Source: Eledone cirrhosa (Eukaryota). From it: 64,000 bases of DNA. Of this stretch, positions 39,249 through 48,951 are shown in pieces. A program made the translations under genes and the position numbers. The notes below the pieces were generated by a model. That model was not told the origin of the DNA. It searched no databases and saw nothing but the letters and a program-made list of their open reading frames with translations. The stretch lies in NCBI GenBank assembly GCA_964016885.1, contig OZ024752.1, forward strand, positions 18,414,001 to 18,478,000, written 5' to 3'. Positions within the stretch are counted from its first letter, which is position 1, and each line of letters starts with the position of its first letter.

Positions 39249-40413
39249 ACTGGATTATTCGCTACAGCTGAGAGAAAAGTGTATACAAAAGTAGAGTTTT
39301 AATATTCATTTTATTAAGGTTAGTGTTAGGACTTCCGTTTTCTGGAGAAAGCGTCAATTGCAAGCATTTCGGATGTTTAGATAATTATTTCTCACCAAAC
39401 GTGAGAGGTGTGTAGTTCTGCATGACCTCGATAGTCTTTTCGCACCCTTTCACCGCCCCCTTTTTTCTAGCAATCTAGTCGTTTCTGACTAGTTTTGGAG
39501 GTCATATACGTTGATAACGCGCGAAAAATAAAAAAGGTAGAGAAAATTCCAGGAAAAAGTCGATTACGAGAACCTTGGAGGACAGATAAGTTGAAAGCAC
39601 AATTTTTTCTCCACTGAAATCGAGGTGGTTGGTCTATAGATCTACCTTTTCCTTTAATCATTATCAAACATAATTTAATTTTAATCATTTTTCTGTCACT
39701 AATAAGTCAAATTCCTGTGTATACGGTAGGTAAAAAAAAAGAAGAAACTAATTGATGTCCATATTGGGCGATATCCAATTTTAGCGGCCTAAATGCCGCT
39801 TACTTGCTGCAGTTGCTGCTTACTTCAATGTATGAGGCTATTCCAACAAATTTACATTCCCCTTTTTTTAGCCGTTAAAAGAAATATAGATTTATTTATT
39901 GTTTTTTTTTTTGCGATTTATTTGCCACTGGGGCATAGATTTCTTTATTTGCCCCTTTTTTGTTTGTTTGTTTGTTTTTTGGCGATTTATTAGCCTTTTG
40001 GGGTCACACACGCCCCCGTAGAAAGTGTGCGACCTTTCTGCCAGGGAGCACAGAGAGAGGGGGGTGCTCCCTTCTTCTCTTACCTGTACAAGCCGATATA
40101 GAGAGATGGCCCACTTACACGGGCCATTATTGTTACTTTCACCCATCTTTCATGGAATTGGCTGGGACTGAGTGCCTTTTTCTCCACCTTGATCCTTCTT
40201 TCGAAGTGGTATCGGAAGAAGAGGACCATTTGTTGGCCGGCGACATATCCCCATAGTTTCCTCGTTGCAAACGCATCTGGGACATTTCTTTTCCAAGGGG
40301 TTTCCGTCCCGGAATCCGTGTCTGTAGAGCCTTTCCCGAACGGGCAGGGCCCCTCGGTATAATAGTAAGTATTAGTGGTTGTAATAAAAATGCAATCAAA
40401 ATGTAATAAATAC

Positions 40414-40549
40414 CTTCACTGATTTCTTTCCTTATATTATCAACAGAAGTTGGTATGTCACCCAAAGTTCGCTTTGTATGTTCCCGAATAGCAGTGAATT
40501 TTGATAAAACTGTTTCTAATTCCTTCTCCACAGTAAGACAAATATCCAT
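40414..40549 (-). pseudogene. RMND5: Captured first coding exon of RMND5/GID2, left-arm copy
   Basis: MDICLTVEKELETVLSKF...KEISE followed by a GT donor at 40413-40412; mirror image of the right-arm copy. Confidence 0.75.
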
Positions 40550-40721
40550 GTGTAGTTGAAGAGGATAAGTATGAAAGAACAGTCATTTAAATTTACAGAT
40601 GGACAGATGTGGTGTTTGGCAGGGTTTGAGATATATAGAAAAATAATTATTTACAGAAAAAGAAAATAATAATAAAGAATTATTATAATTTTTTAAAGAT
40701 TTATATCTTTTTTGACTACAC

Positions 40722-40857
40722 ATGGATATTTTTCTTACTGTGGAGAAGGAATTAGAAACAGTTTTATCAAAATTCACTGCTATTCGGGAACATACAAAGC
40801 GAACTTTGGGTGACATACCAACTTCTGTTGATAATATAAGGAAAGAAATCAGTGAAG
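40722..40857 (+). pseudogene. RMND5: Captured first coding exon of RMND5/GID2 (CTLH E3 ligase subunit), right-arm copy
   Basis: MDIFLTVEKELETVLSKFTAIREHTKRTLGDIPTSVDNIRKEISE resembles the recalled RMND5A N-terminus MDQCVTVERELEKVLHKF; similarity stops at a G|GTATTT donor followed by AT-rich intron-like sequence. Confidence 0.75.
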
Positions 40858-42213
40858 GTATTTATTACATTTTGATTGCATTTTTATTACAACCACTAAT
40901 ACTTACTATTATACCGAGGGGCCCTGCCCGTTCGGGAAAGGCTCTACAGACACGGATTCCGGGACGGAAACCCCTTGGAAAAGAAATGCCCCAGATGCGT
41001 TTGCAACGAGGAAACTGTGGGGATATGTCGCCGGCCAACAAATGGTCCTCTTCTTCCGATACTACTTCGAAAGAAGGATCAAGGTGGAGAAAAAGGCACT
41101 CAGTCCCAGCCAATTCCATGAAAGATGGGTGAAAGTAGCAATAATGGCCCGTGTAAGTGGGCCATCTCTCTATATCGACTTGTACAGGTAAGAGAAGAAG
41201 GGAGCACCCCCCTCTCTCTGTGCTCCCTGGCAGAAAGGTCGCACACTTTCTACGGGGGTGTGTGTGACCCCAAAAGGCTAATAAATCGCCAAAAAACAAA
41301 CAAACAAAAAAAGGGGCAAATAAAGAAATCTATGCCCCAGTGGCAAATAAATCGCAAAAAAAAAACAATAAATAAATCTATATTTCTTTTAACGGCTAAA
41401 AAAAGGGGAATGTAAATTTGTTGGAATAGCCTCATACATTGAAGTAAGCAGCAACTGCAGCAAAATTGGATATCGCCCAATATTGTGATATCTCTATCAT
41501 ATATACAAACATTTCACAGAGCAACAATTTTAGCAGAGATTTAATTTGTTTGGCTGAAAATTTCTTTGACGTCACAGATGTATCCGGTTGTAGAGAAGTG
41601 ATTTCTTTTAATGTCGACCACAATTCTCCTACCTTCTTCTTATTTCATTATTATTAACGAGGGACAAAGCTTAAAGTAAGTAATATTGTTTCTTTATTTA
41701 AATATTTCAACTATTAACTTGTATGTTTTAATAACACTGAAAGTATATATTGTTAATCTACTATGTTTACATCTGCATCGCTGATTCACCTTAACTGGCT
41801 TGCTTTTAATTTTTATTTATTTTTCTCAAAAGTATAGATAGCTTTACTCATTTGCTGCTGTTAATGTTAAAAATTATATGATGTTAAATATTGTGTATAG
41901 ATACAAAGAGAACAAAATCGCATTTTAGCTATAATTGTTGCAAATTGTGAATCTAAATCCAAACCTTGTTCGAGCAGGAAATACACCTAAGCAATGGCAA
42001 TCGGGATTAATAACTCCAGAGTAATAAGACTCACTATTTAGAATTAATAATATATATATATATATTCGTTACCTTGGATCTATCAACTTTGGTAGAAATA
42101 TCAAAGGGTAAGAGCACTTAGTCCATAGGACGAGTTAAGTATAATTAGTTACTTTTGTAACTAAATATATAAGCTAGACATGGCCTGGGCCAATACTGGC
42201 CGAAACCTATCAA

Positions 42214-42252
<39 letters not shown>

Positions 42253-42349
42253 ATATAATATATCCCAAACTACATAGGATAATTTACAAACACATGATAA
42301 ACAACACGTACGTTGTATATAGTGAATGTCAAACTCTTACATTTCTGGC

Positions 42350-42898
42350 CACTACCATGCTGTTAGCTGTCAGAAGTGAAAGTTTCGTCAACCTTCTCAA
42401 TCGTAAACATCCTTTATTTCCGGATTACCACGCAGGTTGACTTTGTCTTTCATCCTTACGGGGTCGATAAAATAAAGTACCAGTAATGCACTTTGTAATT
42501 GCTGGCCTTGTCCCAAAAGTAGAAACAGTTATTTTAATAAAGCATATCGATGTAAGCGGAGTTACTTAAATGAAAATATAGGTGGCCCTTAAAAGGGCCA
42601 AATTAGAAAACAAATATATGGTTATCAAATTTTTTTCACCAACCCTATACATGAAATTGATAACCATGACTATGAAAATATAAATGATTAAATCCAATTT
42701 ATTTGATAACCATGACTTGTTTTCTAATTAACTTAAATTTGTTTTCTAATTTGGCCCTTTTAAGGGCCACCTATATTTTCATTTAAGTAACTCCACTGAC
42801 ATCGATATGCTTTATTAAAATAACGCGTGGTAATACGGAAATAAAGGATGTTTACGATTGAGAAGGTTGACGAAACTTTCACTTATAGCATGGTAGTG
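42350..42898. repeat. Palindromic element with a SINE fragment (42434-42527, +) inserted in the left arm only
   Basis: CACTACCATGCT..GAAAGTTTCGTCAACC..CCACGC[SINE]GTTATTTTAATAAAGC.. mirrored from ~42737 to 42898. Confidence 0.85.
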
Positions 42899-43021
42899 CC
42901 TAATTCTCTTATCCTTACACCATACATATACACGCACACATACAGGCTGTCCCAAAAATGTAGACACACTTCAATCTTTAAAAATTGCACTAAAATAAAT
43001 TCTGTTTTATATGCATTTGGG

Positions 43022-43128
43022 CAAATCCCGCCGAGGTTCATTTTGCCTTTCATCCTTACTTGGTCGATAAAATAAAGTACCAGTAATGCACTGAGATAAT
43101 TGCTGGCCTTGTGCCAAAAGTAGAAACA
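43022..43128 (+). mobile_element. 5'-truncated SINE
   Basis: CAAATCCCGCCGAGG..GCCTTTCATCCTTAC..AAAATAAAGTACCAG..TAGAAACA, same family as 39012. Confidence 0.85.
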
Positions 43129-43357
43129 ATTATTTAAATTATGTAAACATTTTTGGGTGTTTACATATAATTGAATTGTGTCTGTAGATCATTTTATTTT
43201 TAGGAAAGGCTGTGCACTCTAATAAATATTGCCTGTATGTATATATATATATATATAAAATGAAATGATGATGATGATGATATGTGTGTATATGTGTACA
43301 TATACACACATATATATGTTGTACATGTGTATATACATCTATAAGTTGGTGGATGTG

Positions 43358-43885
43358 GGCGATATCCAAGTGTGCGACCTTTCTGCCAGGGAGTACAGAG
43401 AGAGGGGGGTGCTCCCTTCTTCTCTTACCTGTACAAGCCGATATAGAGAGATGGCCCACTTACACGGGCCATTATTGCTACTTTCACCCGAAAAAGGCAC
43501 TCAGTCCCAGCCAATTCCATGAAAGATGGGTGAAAGTAGCAATAATGGCCCGTGTAAGTGGGCCATCTCTCTATATCGGCTTGTACAGGTAAGAGAAGAA
43601 GGGAGCACCCCCCTCTCTCTGTGCTCCCTGGCAGAAAGGTCGCACACTTTCTACGGGGGCGTGTGTGACCCCAAAAGGCTAATAAATCGCAAAAAAGGGG
43701 CAAATAAAGAAATCTATGCCCCAGTGGCAAATAAATCGCAAAAAAATAAAAATAAATAAATCTATATTTCTTTTAACGGCTAAAAAAAGGGGGAATGTAA
43801 ATTTGTTGGAATAGCCTCATACATTGAAGTAAACAGCAACTGCAGCAAGTAAGCGGCATTTAGGCCGCTAAAATTGGATATCGCC
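43358..43885. mobile_element. Shorter deletion derivative of the same Merlin-like foldback element
   Basis: GGCGATATCCAA...TTGGATATCGCC with perfect 8-bp TSD TGGATGTG (43350-43357, 43886-43893); sequence nearly identical to the outer arms of 39767-41477; lacks the RMND5 exon. Confidence 0.9.
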
Positions 43886-44492
43886 TGGATGTGTGTAAAA
43901 AAATATCACGTATTCACAATCCAAATTGAAAATAATGACGTACGTAACTGTCAAAAATTAGTTTCACTTTTGAGACCGGCCGTTTTGACGTATGCCAAAA
44001 TTTGAATCTTAATGTTAAAACTCATTAATTTAGCAAATCATAAAAAAAAAGAATGCTTATTTTTATGTCTTTTGGTAATCGGTATGTAGCACTCCAATAA
44101 TATTTGTAGATTCGCAGCAAATCACACAAACCCACATATTTATATATGTATGTGTTTGACAAATATATATTCCAGGCTTGAAAAAATAAATATAACACAC
44201 ACACTGGTGATGATATGTATGTATATATATATTTAAAATATGTTTCTTCCTCTATGCTTTTCTTTTCTTTCCTCTATGCTTTTCTTTTCTTTCCTCTTTC
44301 TTCAATAATTTAAATTATTTAACTGTTATATTGATGCCAAGTATTTTTTAAGCTGTCTCTATTGTATGTATTATATACTTTTCTCGTGTTCTCAATATTA
44401 AGGTATATAAATATTGAGTTTTGTCATATATTACTCACTACCATGACTGAATCTTAACCATCTACCATGTCAGGGTATGTCATGCATCATCT

Positions 44493-44559
44493 TATTTTAT
44501 CTGATGAGGACGTACTGTTGAAGTTAACTCAGTACCTCTGAAATATGTATAATAAAATA
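44493..44559 (+). ncRNA. Minimal type I hammerhead ribozyme (second, diverged family member)
   Basis: TATTTTAT / CTGATGA / GGACGTACTG-TTGAAGTTAACT-CAGTACCTCT / GAAA / TATGTA / TA / ATAAAATA. Confidence 0.72.
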
Positions 44560-44599
44560 TACTTGATCACAAGAATATCTATTTTGTTAATATTTTGAA

Positions 44600-44639
<40 letters not shown>

Positions 44640-44642
<3 letters not shown>

Positions 44643-44971
44643 CTATCGCCGTATTTTGACTAAAGAAATCAAAGAAATTATTTAGCCTGATAGTGGGGTT
44701 AAGAACTCTCGGAGAAATGGAAAAAGATGAGTATTGACGTATATGGGAGTCGAACCCACATCTGCGGTTATCCAAACTACTGTGCTACCATTTACACCAA
44801 CACATCAATATTTGGTGTAATGGTAGCACAGTGGTCTGGATAACAAAAGATGTGGGTTCGACTCCCATGTACGTCAATACTCATCTTTTTCCATTTCTCC
44901 GAGGGTTCTTAACCCCACTATCAGGCTAAATAATTTCTTTAATTTCTTTAGTCAAAATACGGCGATAGCTT
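44640..44971. repeat. Palindrome of two back-to-back tRNA-like heads
   Basis: AAGCTATCGCCGTATTTTGAC... mirrored by ...GTCAAAATACGGCGATAGCTT. Each arm has TGGTGTAATGGTAGCAC (A-box) and GGTTCGACTCC (B-box) pointing outward from the centre at ~44805. Confidence 0.85.
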
Positions 44972-46087
44972 ACATTTCTAATTTCAAACCCGCTCGCTGT
45001 TTCGAAATTATTCTTACTTGACATATATATATTTAAACGCATGTTTTAATAAACCTGTGTATAATTTTTATCGTAATTGTTTTCTCTAGAATACAATCTT
45101 TAAAAACTATCAATGTCTTTTCTGTGTGATATGGGAATATTTAGATGTCATTTCTAAAATATTCTACGACAGGGGAGACTCGTATCTGAGGGCTATTTAA
45201 CAGTGTTTTGGACTACTATTTCTAGCATAAAATGTTTTTTTGGCAGGGCGGTTAGTTGGTTCTCTGGGTTATCTCCCTTCGACCACAAACCGATCTAAAA
45301 TGCCTGACCCACCCTTTACGCCAATTGACTTGTTTCTTCGTGACTTTTTTAACAATGCATTTTTTTAAGTTTTGCGGACAAATGTGTAATTTAGGTTTCT
45401 GAAGAGAAAATTAAAGCATACATTCAAGGGAAGTGTTAACAAGACTAGAATATGGGATTATAGGTAGATTTGGCTGCTATTTTGTATTTTGTAACATATT
45501 AAAATTAATACTTTGAAAGATATCTTGTTGATGTTTCTAGCGTAGTGAAAGGGATCGATTTTAGTTATTTGACTGGTGTTGCCAGCAAGGTTCTTTGTTT
45601 GGGAAGCTTTCTATGGCTGGATGTTCTTCCTATCACTAGCTATTTTACAGAGTGTGTCTATCGTGTAGATCACCAACACTAGAGATGTTGTCATGTCTTT
45701 GACACGACAGAAGGATTCTCTCGAACCTTTTTTGGCATGGCTTCTACAACAGGACACCCTTTCTACATTGCCAACAACCTTACAAGGTGTGATGTGCAGC
45801 TTTCGTGGCACCAGCACTAGAGAGTTTGCCATCGTCATTGACTCCACTAAAGAGCTCTCTCCACTCCACGTATGGATAGAATGTGTGAGTGGGTCTTAAA
45901 TATAAGTATGATGTCATGGGTGCATATCAAGTGTAGTATTTGATAGGATGATATGGGGGGGGGGGGGCTGATGCAGATAATTACAAGGGGCTGATAGTGG
46001 TGGAGGATCAGAGGGTGGATGATCATTATATATATAAATATATACACATGTGCATATATTTATATATACATATGTACACACATATAC

Positions 46088-46515
46088 ATCATCATTAAAA
46101 TCATCGTTTATACGTCTGTTTTTCCACACTTGCATCAGTTGGATGGGTCCTTCTCAGCATAGCATCTCTCCACTCACCATGTTCCTTCATCATCTCCTCT
46201 CTGATTTCAGAAATTTGAAATCAGCTCTCACTCCCTCTGCTCAGGTCTTTCTTGGTCTACCTCTACTGCCGTTTCCTCCCTAGCATTTCTTCACCCAGTG
46301 ATGATCATTCCAGCTTTTCTGTCAGCTCATCCAGGCTCTGCCTTACCCTCACACTTACATTGCCTTACTCTCATACGTACCATGCAATATTACACTTTAC
46401 ACACAGGTGTCATACAGTTGTCTTTTTGCATATAGGGAGAAACCTTTTTTGTAGTCAAAGTGGGAGTAACTCTCTAAACTTTTTCTATTCTATCCTTATT
46501 TTAGCTACTATGCTA
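46088..46515 (-). mobile_element. RTE LINE 3' fragments, antisense
   Basis: (CAT)n tail at the left end; reverse strand shows GRPRKT-type and KFRELLPLL-type RTE C-terminal sequence. Confidence 0.65.
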
Positions 46516-47789
46516 CTATGGGCTATTATAGAGGAGTTTAAGACCGGCTGCCCGTGGGAACTTCTGTATGTGGATGATCTTACACTTATAGCTGAATCTA
46601 TGGTGGAACTAGAGAAGAAATTCAAAACATGGAAGCAGGGACTAGAAAGAAGGGGTCCTAGATTCAACCTGACAAAGACTAAGGTCCTCGTAAATAGATG
46701 AGAAAACAGAACCCCTCAGGGAAATGGCTTTGCTCAGTATGCAGGAAAGGTGTAGGTAGAAATTCCATCCTCTGGCCCAAATGCTAACTATGGGTACACA
46801 AGAGATGTAGTGGGATCTCAGGAAGTTTAGTTAAGAATATAGGCTTTACATGTTGCAGCTGCACCAAGACAGTAAACAGCAAACGGCCACAGGAAACAAG
46901 CACTACCAAATTCTGGGAGGGCTATAAAGAAACAGTAGATAGCTTTTGCTACCTAGGTGACCAGGATAAGAACGGGATGGAAGAAGTTCAGGGAGCTACT
47001 ACCACTGCTAGCTGCAAAAGACTTTTCCCTCAAAATGAAAGGCAGACTGTATGATGCGTGCATATGAACAGCAATGTTACATGGTAGTGAGACATGGGCG
47101 TTGTGTGCAGAAGACTTGCATAGATTAGAAACGAAGCTTGCATGCTCCGATGGATGTGTAATAGTAATATACGCGAATGTCAAAGCACAAACGAAGTGAG
47201 AGAGAGAGTCTGAGCATAAGAGGTATCAAATGTTGCATGCAGGAGAGGAGATTGCGTTATTATGGACATGTGATGCGTATGAAGGATGACAGTTGCATAA
47301 AAAGGTGCAAAGCACTAAAAGCCGATGGAAGCCATGGAGTGGGGAGAACCAAGAAGACCTGGGATGAGGTGATAAAAGCTGACCTCGCCCAAATGCACCT
47401 CTCAAAGGCGATGACACAGGTCCGAGACCTCTGGCATTACACAGTAATACAGAAGACCCGAGTTCCCATGGGTACATGCCAAAGCTGAAGCATATAGACA
47501 ATATGCTGCCATCCCCTCCCACTGTAAAGTGGTCGTTGAGGTGTCATGACAAAAAGCACCCAGCCCACACTGTAAAGTGGGCATGTAGGCGCCACGATAA
47601 AAAAGCACCTAGTACTCACTGTAAATGAGGTTGGTGTTAGGAAGGGCATCTAGCTGTAGAAACCGAGGCAAAAATCAGTCCTGTATGGGCAAGACATGGT
47701 CACATGATCTGGCATTGCCCACAATAGGACAATCCGTCTAACCCATGCTAGCGTGGAGACATCGACTTAAAACGGTGATGATGATGATG
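46516..47789 (+). mobile_element. 5'-truncated decayed RTE LINE (RT C-terminal half and 3' UTR)
   Basis: CPWELLYVDDL (RT catalytic motif), NLTKTKVL, Cys-rich CSVCRKGVGRNSI..WVHKRC, KKFRELLPLL, RRLRYYGHVMR, GRTKKTW; 3' UTR with GTTAGGAAGGGCATC and a (GAT)n tail. Confidence 0.9.
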
Positions 47790-47995
47790 CCCTCAGAGCA
47801 CCCTCCTCTACTGTCAATTAAGTCACCTAGATAGTTGAAGCTCTCAACCACTTCTATAGACCCTTTTTGGGACTCAAAAAGGTTTATGTCACTGGCGTTC
47901 TTCCCTTTGATTTCCCCTGTACATCTACATACAAAGTCTTCCCTTCCTGTTAGTTTACTCATTATCCCACTACATCTCTTGTGTACCCTAAATTT
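47790..47995 (-). mobile_element. RTE LINE internal fragment, antisense
   Basis: EVVESFNYLGDLIDSRGGCSE in ORF 47738-47962(-). Confidence 0.75.
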
Positions 47996-48807
47996 ACATG
48001 TGTGTATTTGTATATATATAAATGAGAAAACTCATCGCTAGAACAGCTGTTAAAACAGCTAAATGCTGTGAAAAACAGCGATGGGCCAAAATGCCTCTCC
48101 AGGTCTGTATATAGCAGATTTCTTCCAGTACTAGACTGGTACTTTTTTTTATCAACTCGAATGGATGAAAGGCAAAGTTGACCTCGGCAGTACATGAACT
48201 GAGAGAACAGAAAGCCAAAACGAATACTGCAAAGCATTCTATCCAACATTCTAATGACTCTGCTAATTTACCACCTCTTTAGTTCCACTACAGAAAGACA
48301 AGATGGTCAAAGCCTTTCATCAGAGTTCTGCTTGATCAAATTTAACCTTGGGTTAAACAATAACAACTAAAGAATATTCAATTTCTAGCTTACCATTTCA
48401 TTTTAAACTTTGCTTTCTGCATTTGATTAACTTCATCTCCAGTGACCTCAATCCACACACTGAGGCTTCTTGGTGGACATTGTTCTCAAAGTTAAGAGTT
48501 CTCTGTGTTATATATATATAATATTCTATGTACTATACATGCACCTTTGATGAGTTGTAGTGCACCTGAGCACTGTACACAATAATTTCATTATTATTAT
48601 TATAAACATAATTCCGAGTAACATTGGTTTATCCATTAATTGACTGACTGTTGTGTAAACAGATGTAAACACTTCACAATGGAGTGTCAGTATTATAAAG
48701 AAGAGAGATGGTTTTATAATATATCTATATATCTATTTACTTGCAGATAGGAAAGTACATTGCAGCTTGTTGATTTATGAAGTGATACACCTGATTAAAT
48801 ATTAGCT

Positions 48808-48951
48808 ATGGATTTTAAGGATGTCCCTTTTTCCTTTGTGCCCCACGAAGTAAAACTAAAACTACTGAATTTAGATCGACCAAGCAGGGGTTATGGAAAC
48901 AACTGGAAATTTTTGGCTGGGCAATTTGGCTTTAATGCCAAACAAGTTTTA
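48808..48951 (+). CDS. Coding exon 1 (death domain N-half); the exon probably starts at acceptor 48747, implying an upstream non-coding exon
   Basis: ATG at 48808; MDFKDVPFSFVPHEVKLKLLNLDRPSRGYGNNWKFLAGQFGFNAKQVL then GTAAGT; upstream TACTTGCAG acceptor. Not in the ORF track. Confidence 0.82.

Larger units (their letters stand above)
39767..41477. mobile_element. Non-autonomous foldback DNA transposon (Merlin-like) with ~790-bp inverted arms
   Basis: Termini GGCGATATCCAATT...AATTGGATATCGCC; flanks CCATATTG / CAATATTG (8-bp TSD, 1 mismatch); arms ~39767-40558 and ~40713-41477. GGNRM termini with an 8-bp TSD fit the Merlin superfamily. Confidence 0.8.

Noticed and set aside
40722-41132. Functional 136-aa protein, or the true RMND5 gene
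   Set aside because: Similarity ends at the splice donor at 40857; the rest is intron and transposon arm, and no downstream RMND5 exons were recognised on either strand in the window.
44812-44878. Functional tRNA gene
   Set aside because: The 5' acceptor strand is missing and the anticodon arm does not pair; the two mirror copies differ there.
42941-45420. Tc1/mariner element (TA-CAGGCTGTCCCAAAA tip at 42941; faint SPDLTP.DFFLWG-like trace near 45300-45345)
   Set aside because: Too degraded; no matching second TIR or continuous frame could be established.
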